A stretch of DNA of 64,000 bases, taken from Eledone cirrhosa (taxonomy: Eukaryota). This document shows positions 43,090 through 58,769 of the stretch, in pieces (within the stretch, counting starts at the first letter, position 1; each line of letters begins with the position of its first letter). A program made the position numbers and the translations under genes. The stretch covers positions 124,001-188,000 of the forward strand of contig OZ024754.1 of NCBI GenBank assembly GCA_964016885.1. The letters run 5' to 3'. The notes below the pieces were generated by a model that searched no databases, was not told where the DNA came from, and saw nothing but the letters and a program-made list of their open reading frames with translations.

Positions 43090-43916
43090 CCAAAATGTAA
43101 GAAATAAGCGAATAAACAAATTATAAAAATGTGTAGATAAATAAAAATATAGAAATAAAGAGTATTTAAAGGAGATAAATATATTGTTTTATTCTTTTAC
43201 TGGTTTCAGTTTACGGCCATGCTGGAGTATTGCCTTGGTTGTACTAGACCATATCGACTTTAGCACATATTTCATCGATACCTTTTTGTCGAACTACTAA
43301 GTTACGGAACGTAAAGACATGCACAAACGTGGACACAGTTACACGAACGGACACACACACACACACACATATATATGTGTGTGTGTATATGTACAACTTG
43401 TCTACACTGTATCATGTTCTAGTCGATTAACAATATTATGCAATACTACCGTTATGCGCGAAATTGCATTGCTGAGGGTTGGCTGATGAGGAAGATGGGT
43501 AATTTTGTTTATTCGACCCATATATTTCTATTTTTCGGGTACAATTTTGATATATATATATATTATATATATTTATATATATATATATATATATATAATA
43601 TAACATCAAAAGATGGTTAAAAGAGTTCCAAGTATTTTATTATGCGCATTTCAAAAACAAATATCATCATGGGATGATATCTGCGTTATCATCAGATAAA
43701 ATAGGGAGACATGATATGAAGCTTAAAAAACACTTGCGAGCAGTGAAGTTTTAAATCAACATATGAAAAATAAAGTAAGATGGATATATGAGATTGGGAA
43801 AAATGAGAGGGGGGGGGGGTAGGAAAAGGTGAGGAAGAAAGAAAAATAAAGGATGGTGGGGGAGGAGTATAAGAAGGAAGGATGAGAGAGGTGCTACAAT
43901 AAAACTCACCTCCTAC

Positions 43917-43958
<42 letters not shown>

Positions 43959-44224
43959 ATTATATTATAATATAAATATAGATAAATATATAAATATATC
44001 TTCTAATTATATTTCACTTAAGTTCCAGCTGTTACGATTTCTAAATAAATCCTTCTATAATCGCTTTTATTTATCCAAATCGTTGATTTCTTGAGTCCTT
44101 CAGTTTTACGATGTTTTTATTGTTGTTGTTGTTACTGTCGTTACTGTTGTTGTTTTTGTTCACACTATTTTGACTATTGTTGTTGTTGTTGTTACTCTTG
44201 TTTACATTATTTTTGTTGTTTTGA

Positions 44225-44412
44225 GGGCGGTGGATTGGCAGTATTGGTAGAGGGTCGGACACCATGCTTTCTAGCATAGTTACGTCCCTTTACGGTCTGA
44301 GTTCAAATCCCGTCGAGGTTAACTTTACCTTTCATCCTTACGGGGGTCGATAAAATAAAGTACCAGTAATGTACTGAGATAATTACTGGCCTCGTGCCAA
44401 AAGTAGAAACAA
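44225..44412 (+). mobile_element. Young full-length Octopus-type SINE inserted in a (GTT)-rich tract
   Basis: gggcggtggattggcagtattggtagagggtcggac...gagttcaaatccc...aagtagaaac, flanked by attatttt(t)gttgtt. Confidence 0.9.
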
Positions 44413-44414
44413 TT

Positions 44415-44800
44415 ATTTTTGTTGTTGCTGTTGTTGTTGCTGTCGTTGTTGTTGTTCTTGTTCACATTATTTTTGCTATTATCGTTGTTGTTGATGATGC
44501 TGTTGTTGTTGCTGTGGTTGTTGCTGTCGTTGTTGTTGTTCTTGTTCTTGTTCACATTATTTTTGCTATTATCATTGTTGTTGCTGTGGTTGTTGTTGAT
44601 GATGCTGTTGTTGTTGCTGTGGTTGTTGTTGATGATGCTGTTGTTGTTGCTGTGGTTGTTGTTGATGATGCTGTTGTTGTTGCTGTGGTTGTTGTTGATG
44701 ATGCTGTTGTTGTTGCTGTGGTTGTTGTTGATGATGCTGTTGTTGTTGCTGTGGTTGTTGTTGATGATGCTGTTGTTGTTGCTGTGGTTGTTGTTGATGA
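44415..44800. repeat. (GTT/GCT/GAT) compound array with a 33-bp unit
   Basis: gatgatgctgttgttgttgctgtggttgttgtt repeated. Confidence 0.9.
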
Positions 44801-45270
44801 CACAATTGTTGTGGTATTTGATATCTCAAGTCCAATACTGTGGGGCCACATACGCCACCATTACTGGTTATGTTAACAATCATAGAAACTGGGAAACCTG
44901 TGGTTTGATAAATTTCGGGAAACCCTATAATTTAAACGCGTGGATGTGATTAAGATAAAAATGATATTTGAATAATATGATGATGTGATGGTGATGATGA
45001 TGATGGTGGTGTTGGTGTTGTTCATGATGATGAAGGTGATGATGGCTATACAATGATAGTGTTGCTGTTGTAGATGGTGATGATGATGGGGATGATGTTG
45101 ATGATAAATACGATGATGATAGTGGTGGTGATAATGATGGTGATGATGATGATGGTAGTGATGATGATGATGTTGATGATAAATACGATGATGATAGCGG
45201 TGGTGATAATGATGGTGGTGACGGTGATGGTGATGGTGATGGTGATGATGATGAGGAGGAGGAGGCTGTG

Positions 45271-45301
<31 letters not shown>

Positions 45302-45791
45302 TGAATGCCAGGTTAATGTCACCAATTAAACATTTGTTTTCTTGACATTTTCAAAGGTGAAATTCATTTGATCACCTTGACGTAACATTGGTGTTGTTGT
45401 TGTTGTTGTTGTTGTTGGTGGGGGTATTGGTGTTATTGTTGTTGGTAGTGGTGATGTTGTGGGAGATATGTCGATAATGGTGGTGTTGGTGTTCTTGGTG
45501 GTGGTGGTAGTAGTGAATATGATAGTGGTTGTTCTTGTTGACATTCGGCATATGGCCCTTGTAATGGTGGAGGTGTTGGTGGAGGTGTTGGTGGTGGTAT
45601 ATATATATATATATATATATATATACTCTGTTACTCTGGAGTTTCACCTGTCCACTCGCAGGATCATCAAAGATGATTCTGTGAGTGCGCAGACTCACTA
45701 TTTAACCATTTAACCACAATAAAGGTTTATTTAAATTCTACTTCGGTTTTAAGTACTTTTTTCTCTCGTCTGACCACTACATACATATATA

Positions 45792-45875
<84 letters not shown>

Positions 45876-46689
45876 TATTATTTGAACAGATGGTTTTAAT
45901 ACATTAAATTATATTTGCATAAATATTTCACTTAACACGTAGGAAGAAAATAATTAAATGATTTAAAAAAAAGAAAAGGACAGGGTGAAGGAAATGCTTG
46001 CTAGATTCTACACCTTTGTCAAGGTAGAATACCTCAGCAGTGACCCGTGGACAAGGTGGCGAAGGTAGGGTTTCCCAAACATTTTCAAACGTGGAATCCT
46101 TTTTGGTTCAAACACTTTTTGGGGAACCCCCAAATCTTTTACTATTATATGATCGTGATTTAAATATACTCCTCTACAGAACAACGCACACTCATTTGTG
46201 GAACCCATTACCATAGAGTGAGCCCGACTACATCAGTCATTTCACCGCGAGGAATTATGATGTAATTAATGTAAACATACATGTGATTATTGTTGTTTGT
46301 GATTATACTTGTTTTGGGTTAAAAACCAAGTAAATGGGGGCAGCATGTGACAAGTGCAGTGTTATCTGAAGAGTGTTTGAAAGAGAAGTTAAAAGTCACA
46401 ATGAACTGAGCCAGAATCACGTGTTCTCATTAGCCTGTCTATCTTTTTTGTGAACCACGTGATCTCATTAGGCTGGATTCTCTTAAATGACGCAGTAAAT
46501 CATGAGATATCAACTTGTATTTTAACCCAAGGCTTTCATAGCAATGCTAATTATGTTTATTTATTAGAAGTGGGACGGGAAATAAGGAAACAAATGATAT
46601 ATTTTCCCAGATAGCTTAGGTGGGGAAACTGGAACTTTGAATGAAATAAAAACAACGTAGGTTAGTTCAAAAACCTTGCCTCAAGCATA

Positions 46690-48720
46690 TACAGCACTTC
46701 CATATATATATAACAACATTTCCATATATATAGCAACACTTCCATATATATAACAACACTTCCATATATATAGCAACACTTCCATATATATAGCAACACT
46801 TCCATATATATAACAACACTTCCATATATATAGCAACACTTCCATATATATAACAACACTTCCATATATATATAACAACATTTCCATATATATAACAACA
46901 CTTCCATATATATAGCAACACTTCCATATATATAGCAACACTTCCATATACATAGCAACACTTTCACATATATAGCAACACTTCCATATATATATAACAA
47001 CACTTCCATATATATATAACAACACTTCCGTATATATAGCAACACTTCCATATATATAACAACACTTCCATATATATAACAACACTTCCATATATATATA
47101 ACACTTCCATATATATAACAACACTTCCATATATATAGCAACACTTCCATATACATAGCAACACTTCCATATATATAGCAACACTTCCATATATATATAT
47201 ATAACAACACTTCCATATATATATAACAACACTTCCATATATATAGCAACACTTCCATATATATATATAACAACAATTCCATATATATAACAACACTTCC
47301 ATATACATAGCAACACTTCCATATACATAGCAACACTTCCATATACATAGCAACACTTCCATATACATAGCAACACTTCCATATATATATAACAACACTT
47401 CCATATATATAGCAACACTTCCATATATATATATAACAACAATTCCATATATATAACAACACTTCCATATATATAGCAACACTTCCATATATATAATAAC
47501 ACTTCCATATACATAGCAACATTTCCATATATATAACAACACTTCCATATATATATAACAACACTTCCATATATATAACAACACTTCCATATATATAACA
47601 ACACTTCCATATATATATAACAACACTTCCATATATATAGCAACACTTCCATATATATATATAACAACAATTCCATATATATAACAACACTTCCATATAC
47701 ATAGCAACACTTCCATATATATAACAACAATTCCATATATATAACAACACTTCCATATATATATAGCAACACTTCCATATACATAGCAACACTTCCATAT
47801 ACATAGCAACATTTCCATATATATAACAACACTTCCATATATATATAACAACACTTCCATATACATAGCAACACTTCCATATACATAGCAACATTTCCAT
47901 ATATATAACAACACTTCCATATATATATAGCAACACTTCCATATATATAACAACACTTCCATATATATAACAACACTTCCATATATATATAACAACACTT
48001 CCATATATATAGCAACACTTCCATATATATATATAACAACAATTCCATATATATAACAACACTTCCATATACATAGCAACACTTCCATATATATAACAAC
48101 AATTCCATATATATAACAACACTTCCATATATATATAACAACACTTCCATATATATAACAACACTTCCATATATATAGCAACACTTCCATATATATAACA
48201 CCACTTCCATATATATATAACAACACTTCCATATATATAGCAACACTTCCATATATATAACAACACTTCCATATATATATAACAACAATTCCATATATAT
48301 AACAACACTTCCATATATATATAACAACACTTCCATATACATAGCAACACTTCCATATATATAGCAACACTTCCATATATATAACAACACTTCCATATAT
48401 ATATAACAACACTTCCATATATATAACAACACTTCCATATATATAACAACACTTCCATATATATATAACAACACTTCCATATATATATAACAACACTTCC
48501 ATATATATAACAACAATTCCATATATATAACAACACTTCCATATATATATAACAACACTTCCATATATATAACAACACTTCCATATATACAGCAACAATT
48601 CCATATATATAACAACACTTCCATATATATATAACAACACTTCCATATATATAGCAACACTTCCATATATATATAACAACAATTCCATATATATAGCAAC
48701 ATTTCCATATATATAGCAAT
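46690..48720. repeat. ~2-kb minisatellite, 20-26-bp unit
   Basis: caacacttcc(at)n a[a/g] with variants caattcc and catttcc and variable AT length. Explains the 574-692-aa ORFs. Confidence 0.97.
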
Positions 48721-49527
48721 ATATATATATATATCAACATAAAGACATATTCATATATACATATATATATATCAACATAAAGATATATACATATATATAT
48801 ATCAACATAAAGACTTATTCATATATACATATATATATATCAACATAAAGATATATACATATATATATATCAACATAAAGACATATTCATATATACATAT
48901 ATATATATCAACATAAACACATACAGACAACACACACACACACACACACACACACACCGACAACATATACACAGATATGAACAGAGACACACAAGCAACA
49001 CACGCAAACATGCACAGATGCACACACACACTCACACAGACACACACATACACACAAGCAACACACGCAAACATGCACAGATGCACACACACACACTCAC
49101 ACAGACACACACATACACACATACAACACACGCACACACATGCATACATATACACACTCAAACACTCACTGACACACACACATTTATCAATTACAAGCTT
49201 TCATACACTAGCAGAATAAAAATGGTGATAATATTTAAATGTCTGTTTTCATGTTCTGAAATGAAAGAGATGGACTGAGGGGGGTGAATATTAATTGTCT
49301 AGAAATGCGGCTCAGCTGAATCCAAAGACCCAGTCATCGACAATGAATTTATATTATATATATAATATATATATATACACGTCTCAAGAAGAGGTCACTA
49401 CTTTGATGTCTCTTGTTTTCTTGAGATATGATCAAGTTTGACCTTGGAACCCTGGGTAGTGCTTTTGTTCGTGTATGAACATAAACAAATAATATATACA
49501 CACACACACACACACACACGTGATTGG

Positions 49528-49573
<46 letters not shown>

Positions 49574-49603
49574 GTGTGTGTCTGTGAATATACACACTTA
49601 CTT

Positions 49604-49634
<31 letters not shown>

Positions 49635-50054
49635 CGCACACACGCACACACGCACACACACACTTCGGAATGTGATGTTGTGCTTTAAAATGTAATTGTA
49701 AACAATATGTTTGGAGAGCGGCTTTCCGAAAGTCCTTACAAAATACAAGAGAATGAACGATGAAGGGGGAAGGACTTGTGTTCAAGAAGAAACTGATATT
49801 AAAGAAAGTTAGAGGTAGGAGAGATTATTATGTGTTTATTCACGAACCCGGATAGATGTATGAAGTTTATCCAATCGGCTAATAGTATTTGAACACTAGC
49901 CGTGTGGTTAAAGCGTTAACGTTGCAATCACGTTTTCCCTGGATCCCAGTTCAATCCTACTGCGCATGCGCCTAGTTAATATATTGAGTATGGAAGCTGT
50001 ATCGTCTGGTGTGTGTTAGATTTAATCTATCGTCTGCTGCAGAACCACGTATGT

Positions 50055-50103
<49 letters not shown>

Positions 50104-50529
50104 GCCAATCATTGTAAGTTCGAATCTAACTGACATGCAAAATTCATGGTAGATTTAAATATCACAGGTAGAAGGAGAGGGGGGGGGGAATGAGGGGGAA
50201 CAGAAATGAAACATGGATTACAGGTTAAAATGTAGTCTAGATAGATGAGAAACAAAACGAAGATGTAGTTTATGGAACACCCCAATGATTTAGAAGTCGA
50301 CCTTAAGTAGAAGCAATAACATTAAGAAAGACATGAACGACACCACAACACTTTGTTTGAAAATTTTCAATGTAGGTTTATAAGTATGAATTTTCGTAAG
50401 ATTTCTGTAGTTGTCTCTGTGGCCTAGCGGTAGGTACTAAAGATGGTGGAGGTCAATCCTGGTGAAGAGGTGCATGTAACCATTTCCAGTTTTTATTTTA
50501 CAACCAACAGAAAAAAAACTGAAAAGGTT

Positions 50530-51509
50530 TACCGGAAAATCTACTCCCGACCAGGATCGAACTTCAGACCAGGATCGCCACCGTCTATGATTCCTCCAAC
50601 TAGGCCACAGGGATCGCTACAAAAGTATAATGAAAATTGATAATTATAAACGTGTTTTTTAACGTTGAAAGTATAACAGATTTTTGCGTATCAACATGGC
50701 TTCCCTAAGTTATGAATACCTACTTTGAAGGTTTTACATGCGACGACATTCAAAATGAAAAAGAAACACAAGATAATATTAGTGATTTATCTTCAAATGA
50801 ATCAGACATATTTATTTCTGACGATGATAGTTACTTTGAAAGTGAAAGCGAAGATCTGACGAACACCATTGAAAATATTACAGCAACGTGGTTGAAAGAT
50901 ACAACACCAATACATGTTCACACCTGTTAATGAACTTATATATTGGGAACATTCTGTTACGTAAATTTACACCGTACATTGTGTAAGAGTACATAGCAAA
51001 TATTATTTTGACTGGTGAAAAGGTTTTATACATTTTTTTTCAATGAAAATATTTGCCTGGAATGTAGAGAAAGACTAAAACCTTGTACTGATTATATCTG
51101 CATTTTTAATTAATTCATCACATGCAATAATCTGTTTCCTGTTAAAGTAAATACGTCACAATACGTGTTCATAGCAACGCTAAGACAATGAAATCACATT
51201 TTAAATACCGGGTATGCATTTCTATGGATTTTAATGACGGATGGTTCGGTCAGATAGAAAAAAACGTAAACACCACGAAGTTTTAGTAAAAAATTTAAAA
51301 TCAAGAAATATATGTATAAGAAGGTAGATATGTGAAATTATGTTAAATAATAAAAAATATTAACAAAGTTATTTTTATAAATACCCATCGTTGATTAAGT
51401 CTATGAAAAATCATTGGTCAGTCTGATGTCGATCGGATAGGTCGCACCCCAAAAATTTATACTTATATATCGTTAAAAAAGTGCGACATATACGCGAGTA
51501 TATACGGTA
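50530..51509. mobile_element. DNA transposon remnants (acidic N-terminal-like ORF piece; pogo/Tc2-like terminus)
   Basis: ORF 50712-50930 SDLSSNESDIFISDDDSYFESESED..W resembles the acidic N-terminus of DDE/DDD transposases. End gtcgcac...gtgcgacatatacgcgagtatatacgg-TA. Confidence 0.4.
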
Positions 51510-52393
51510 TATGCAAGCATGTTTGTAACTAAATAAAACAAAGAAATAGCATTCTTTGTCTAAGAATTCCTGTTGAGAGTAATCCCCTGCGTGTTGAGAA
51601 TATATGTTAGTAATACATATACTCCTCTATAGCCCCCACCCCCCACAATCCCACTTATTCCTACACAGTCCCACACATTCCCACACAGTCCCACACAGTC
51701 ATACACTGCTCCCCCCCACACTTAACCATACTCTGACATACACATACAAACACTGACCAAGCTCGTGACTTAATTTGGTATCCACAAGGTTCGTTGCAAC
51801 GAATCGATTAAAGCAACGCCAATTAAGAGAATATGTTCGAGAAAAACGGAAATCATTTCGGAATTGGAAGAATCATCTAGAAATTCTCGAAAGAATTGAG
51901 CCATTAACGAGAAGTCGATATAATTCAGCAAGTAGTCTTGTGTCTTATTGAAGATATCGGTCGCTGGAATAATAGACTGTGTATCGCAGCAGAATTAATG
52001 TAAATTGGATTAATAGATTTGATCAGTGTATACAGTATGGTAAATATGCCTTATTTTAAAAGAAGGCAACAAATTTAGATTAGGTGTATAGTCAGTCAGT
52101 TGACTAACTCTTTCTCACTCATACAATATTGATATTTATTATATCGATCCCCGATGTTTTGGATGGCAAAGTCGACCTCGATGGGATTTGAAACGATATA
52201 GAATGTAAGGATATATAGTGACAGACCTTGATACTCCCTTCCATGATATATAGCGACACATCTTGATAGACACTATAACTGTAAAATTTACGAGTGTTTT
52301 CGGGGTAACGTTCGAGCTTGGAAAAAAATAGATTTATATGTGGCACCCAGAAACCTTCCATGTACAGGTCAATGCTTTGACAAAAACCCACTG

Positions 52394-52428
<35 letters not shown>

Positions 52429-52984
52429 ACTTGTATCTATTCCTTACTACCATTCGTAAAAAGCACACATTGATTTCAAATCTTCAGTATCACGTGCAAG
52501 CAGCTTGCGAGCAATGTCGCATATGAGGAGCCACTCTCATAAATAAAGGTTTAATATTTCTAAAAAAATAATTTTCAAAATGTGGGACCATAGTTAAATA
52601 TATGTCAAATCCGTTTTGTAGGAAATCAAATGTGTTACTTTTAATATGTATAAGTTCATATATATAGCTTCTCCAAAATCTAAACGGTGCTTTGCGAATG
52701 AACTACACGCTGTTTTGAAACCAACACAAATACCATCATAAAGATATTTCATCAGTTTTATTACATACGAATTACACAATACATCATTGAAAAAGTTTCA
52801 CGTAATACCAAATTTAATATCAATATTGCCAGAAATTTGAAACACTTTCGTTAGAAGTGTTTCAATTTGTTGGTGAGATAATGTTCCCACAGAACCTGGC
52901 AATGCCTTCACTTACAACTTACACATTGAGCTTTTTTCTGTATAGTTGTATATTCAGCTCTACGTTGTTACATAGATAAGATAA

Positions 52985-53088
52985 TTGGTTTCTACTTTAG
53001 GCACAAGGCCAGCAATTACTCAGTGTATTACTGGTACTTTATTTTATCGACCCCGTAAGGATGAAAGGCAAAGTTAATCTCGGCGGGG
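52985..53088 (-). mobile_element. 5'-truncated young SINE
   Basis: Matches the 3' half of 20897-21081. Confidence 0.85.
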
Positions 53089-53541
53089 GATAAATAATGT
53101 TTGGAAGCTCGTTGGATGGACATACCTGCAAATGTCACGCTACAATTCTATGAGAATTACATTAAGGGTACACGTGTCTGTGGAATCGGGAGCTATTTGC
53201 ACGGGAAATTCCTAACATTGTTGCACCATTGAAATGGTGGAACACTGGAGAGAGAATGTGAGTGTGTGTGAGAGAGTGAGTGCAAATGAATGTCTGTATA
53301 CGGATATTATATATATATGTTTGTATATACATACATATATATTCATATATATATATAATGTGTGTGGGGGGGGGGGAATTTATACGTATATATATATACA
53401 CAAGCATACATAGACATATATATACGTACATATATATGAATATTTTTATACATACATATGTGTATATATATATACGTATATATATTATATATATATACTT
53501 TCACACACATACACACACACACGCATATATATATATATATG

Positions 53542-53574
<33 letters not shown>

Positions 53575-54401
53575 TAATTATATACATAATTGGGAATCAT
53601 CGATCTGGCGGGTGCTGGAAGATCCTAACCACAATCCATTTCTTTGGAACAAATCAATAAACAATGAAAGATAAAAGGAAATAAATGGAAAAAACATCAA
53701 AATAAAGGGCGAGGAATTTGTGTTGAGAAGGAGTTCTATCTAGATGAACAATGGAAATAGTTCTATTTTATATCATGGCGCGGATCTCGGAGTATTCATG
53801 CGCCGTACACGTTTATGTCTGGGAGTATATATATATATAGAGATATAGAAACGAGAAGGAGAGAGGAGGGATAGATAGATATATATAGAGAGAGAGGGGG
53901 GGGGTATGCATGCATAAGAATTATATAGCATTATGTACATGTATACAAACATACACACATATATATATATATTTATAAATGCACATATTTGTAAATATAT
54001 ACATACACATATGTGTGTATATATTATATATATATACGCACACAAACACACACACACATTTATGTATATACTGTATATATATACGTACACAAACACACAA
54101 CACAGATATATATGTATATGTGTATATATGATATATATATACGTACACAAACACACACACACAGATATATATGTATATATGTGTATTTATGAGTATATGA
54201 GTGTGTGCATGTATGTATAATAAGGATAGAAATAGATATTTAGTAGATATAATGGGAATATTTTTTTCGTGTAAATAGCTTTAGCAAATTGCCGAATGAG
54301 ATGAATCCATAGTTGAGAGCGATGAATATAGAAAATATATGAAAATAAAATAAAGAGGATGACATGTTGAAAACAAGGCAAGGTTCACATATTAAAATAG
54401 G

Positions 54402-54449
<48 letters not shown>

Positions 54450-54654
54450 TATCGGAGAAAGCTAATAGCGATACTCCGGCCAAATTCCAACTCACTCAAC
54501 AAACATTAGGAAATAAGTGAGTATATTCCTAATTAAACGTTCGGGGTGCTAACTAAAAGTATTGCATGGAAAATTGGCTGTATTATTTCATGAGACATCA
54601 TATATATATTAATACGTGTGCGTGTGTGTGTGTGTATATGTATGTATATATATG

Positions 54655-54924
<270 letters not shown>

Positions 54925-55030
54925 AATTGGTATGATTATTTGAGAGAGAGAGAGAGAGAGAGATAAAATGGCCGCTATCGTTTTCACGAGTTTCGTTCCA
55001 AAAAGCGTGGCGGGGCCAATTTTCTTTAAC

Positions 55031-55060
<30 letters not shown>

Positions 55061-55062
<2 letters not shown>

Positions 55063-55570
55063 TTTGAGTCTCAGTCATTGATGTTAGTTAACTGGAAAGT
55101 TTGTTGAAATGAATATCAAGCCACTACCTGCAGCCTCAGATATTCAGGACGTATCGGAGAGTTCTTGCTGTTCCCAGCAAGCATGCCTTTTGAAGTGTTG
55201 AAGTGTTCCAAAAAGCGGGGCGGGGCCAATTTTCTTTAACCATCCCTGGAAACCTTTTGAGATAGTACCTAGTGCGCCTATGACAATCGGGACCACTTTG
55301 ACTTCATGGCAGTTCCAAATCCTTTTTACCTCCCACTTTAAGTCCTGGTATCGGTTAATTTTCTCCCTCTCCTTCTCTTTCACTCTCGTGTCGAATGGGC
55401 AGGCCACATCCACAATCAGGCACGATTTTTTTTCCTTGTCCAAAACCACCAGGTCAGGTCTATTGTGTTCCAGTTTCTTGTCCGTCTGTATCCTAAAATC
55501 CCCAAATCCCATAGCACCTTCACCTGATCGTTTTCTATTACCGACTCTGGCTTATGCTCATAACACTTCT
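55061..55570 (-). mobile_element. R4/Dong-like RLE non-LTR retrotransposon, 5'-truncated, in (TAA)n
   Basis: YEHKPESVIENDQVKVLWD/FRIQTDKKLEHNRPDLVVLDKEKKSCLIVDVACPFD..EKINRYQDL..VVPIVIGALG shows RLE (RPD..D, KxxxY) motifs with frameshifts. (TAA)n at 55033-55060 and 55574-55635. Confidence 0.9.
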
Positions 55571-55574
55571 TAGA

Positions 55575-55624
<50 letters not shown>

Positions 55625-55959
55625 CATTATTATTAATTTTATTATTTTCTTCTAACATTCTGCCACGAAAGATAAGAAGACACGAAGACAAACAGAAAAA
55701 TAATCCGTAGTGTAATGGAATCTAGCGTTCATACAATAACAACAACAATATGAATATATAATAACAACATAATGATAATACTAGAAATATTAATAGCAAT
55801 ATTGTTCCATATAATAAATGGAAGTGCTGATAGCTTATAAAACAAAGTGTAGGCTAATAGTGATAGTGTATATAGAGGGAAGTATTAGTGTAAAGGACGT
55901 AGGAAGCCAGAAGAGTGATTAAATATATATATAGAGAGATATATGTATGTACATAAGTA

Positions 55960-56008
<49 letters not shown>

Positions 56009-56056
56009 TATATAGAGAGAGAGATGTATAGATATAGATATATGTATGTACATAAG

Positions 56057-56090
<34 letters not shown>

Positions 56091-56364
56091 GCATATATAG
56101 AGATAGATAGATAAATAAAGAGGAAGAGGGGGTGAGAGACAGACAGACAGAAGGCGAGGAAGGAAGAGAGGAAAATATAACTGAATACAGATATATAAAT
56201 GAAAAATTAGATGAAAATTTGAAATGACATTTCTAATTAAATTAAAACTTGAAAACGAAACACTTTGAAAAATGAAGCATATATACTTATTAATACACAT
56301 AAACATATATACACATAGATATACATATGTATATCTATCTATACATTTAATTAATTATATATAT

Positions 56365-56630
56365 AAGGAAAAGAAAGTGAAAATGCAATTGGAATATTTT
56401 AAGAATATTTATTTATTTTAGCGGTTTCAAAGTTCTTATGATTTTCAAATGTAAAATTGAGATGAAGGGTTTGTGTTTCTGTTGTGGTTTGTGTATAAGG
56501 TTGGGTCTTTCAAACGTATATTAAACACATGACTGTTTTATTAGGGATTTTTCGCATTTGCTAATTCGTTCTTTACGTCAGTTTGGGACAATAGCATTTC
56601 TAAACCCATAAGTCTATTAACGTCTCGAGA
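56365..56630 (-). mobile_element. Decayed PLE-like family D 3' end next to (TA)n
   Basis: aaaatgcaattggaatattttaag...cggtttc..ttttcaaa..ttgagatgaagggt matches 24657-24765. Confidence 0.55.
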
Positions 56631-57530
56631 CATTCACATATATATTTTAAGACAAAATACCACGAAGTGTCCACTGCTCTAACAACTCTGCAATCAGGAA
56701 ATAATAAATTAGTGACAAGGAACTACAACGAAGAAAAGTTTTTAGAGAGGGACGAAAGAAGGTTAAAAGGTTTAACATAAAATAAACGAAATCAAAAGGA
56801 AATTCTAATATTTCACGTTTAATAATCCGCAAAACTGGGTATCGCTAGTTGTTTCCTGGGGCAATTCTTTCGCCATCTTGTTCATGGAGGGTAACTGAGA
56901 CATATCACCTAGACGTGGGTGTACAGTCTGTGATTCCATCTCTCCTTCCTCGTATTTTCATTATCTAATATTTTTCGATCTTCCTTATGTGAAATATTTA
57001 TGTTGTCCATAAACCTCGACAACAAGAATGTAACACAGGAGATACAGTCACTGTGGCTCAAAGACTCTCAGAAATGGAAGGTCAGGTTTTAGAAGCATGG
57101 AACCAATGTCAACGGAAGAATAATTAGAAAGTAATGATAAAAGAGTTAACATTAGAGACTATGTAATTAGTAGAAGGAGACATTTGATGATATCACATGA
57201 TATCACATCCGGCTGCTAAGACTCAATATATTGACAAACATGACTGTTTGGTCCACTGCAGACATTTTGACGAGAAAACGGATAAGGGTGTAAACATGCA
57301 TGAAATACATGACAATGTCAAGATATATACATGTGTGGATGGATATATATATATGTATGTATGGATGGATATATTTATATATACACGTATGGATGGATAT
57401 ATATATATACATGTATGGATGGATATATATACATGTATGAATGGATGGATATATATATATACATGTATGGATGGATATATTTATATATACATGTACGGAT
57501 ATATATATATATATATATACATGTATGGTT

Positions 57531-57567
<37 letters not shown>

Positions 57568-57814
57568 CGGATATATATATATACATGTATATGAGGGTGT
57601 GTGTATTTATGTATATATTTATATGTGTGTTTTTGTGGGTATGTATCAATATAAATATATATATATACATATATTAACACACAAACATTTGTACATACAC
57701 ACATATATATACACATATATGAATATATATGTGTATATATATGTGTACGTCTGTGTATATTATGGAGAAGAATATGAACAGACTCTTATGTTCATACACG
57801 CATTAACATGAGTG

Positions 57815-58440
57815 TGTAACTATGTATAGTAACTATGTACAGTAACTATGTATAGTAACTATGTATAGTAACTATGTATAGTAGCTATGTATAGTAGCTA
57901 TGTATAGTAGCTATGTATAGTAGCTATGTATAGTAACTATGTATAGTAACTATGTATAGTAACTATGTATAGTAACTATGTATAGTAACTATGTATAGTA
58001 ACTATGTATAGTAACTATGTATAGTAACTATGTATAGTAGCTATGTATAGTAGCTATGTATAGTAACTATGTATAGTAGCTATGTATAGTAGCTATGTAT
58101 AGTAGCTATGTATAGTAACTATGTATAGTAACTATGTATAGTAACTATGTATAGTAACTATGTATAGTAACTATGTATAGTAGCTATGTATAGTAGCTAT
58201 GTATAGTAACTATGTATGGTAACTATGTATGGTAACTATGTACAGTAACTATGTATAGTAACTATGTATAGTAGCTATGTATAGTAGCTATGTATAGTAA
58301 CTATGTATAGTAACTATGTATAGTAACTATGTATAGTAACTATGTATAGTAACTATGTATGGTAACTATGTATAGTAACTATGTATAGTAGCTATGTATA
58401 GTAGCCAAGTATAGTAGCTATGTATAATAACCATGTATAC
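57815..58440. repeat. 13-bp minisatellite, ~48 copies
   Basis: Unit gta[a/g]ctatgtata. Confidence 0.97.
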
Positions 58441-58583
58441 GTGATACATATCTGTTTCTCCTTACACATGTTTCTATACTATACTATACTATATACTATA
58501 TAGTAACTATATATATATATATATATATATAAACTTTGGTACGCTCTCATGAGATAAAATACAAAATTTGTTTTATAAATAGT

Positions 58584-58622
<39 letters not shown>

Positions 58623-58632
58623 GTTACATACA

Positions 58633-58674
<42 letters not shown>

Positions 58675-58678
58675 TACA

Positions 58679-58769
58679 CAGGGTGTCCCACAAAGATGTT
58701 TACGCCATTCTAATAAATATTGCCTGCACAGGTAATCAAAGTGTGTATACATGTTTTGGGGACAGCCTG
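58679..58769. mobile_element. Small Tc1/mariner-type MITE
   Basis: TIRs cagggtgtccc / gggacagcctg-TA, 91 bp. Confidence 0.65.

Noticed and set aside
46662-48740. 574-692-aa repetitive ORFs / CRISPR-like periodicity
   Set aside because: Tandem minisatellite with no unique spacers and no cas genes. Overlapping ORFs in three frames indicate an artefact.
50712-50930. Acidic 72-aa ORF as a host gene
   Set aside because: Short, isolated and within apparent DNA-transposon debris.
55144-55512. 122-aa ORF as a functional gene
   Set aside because: Frameshifted, 5'-truncated RLE domain of a LINE.
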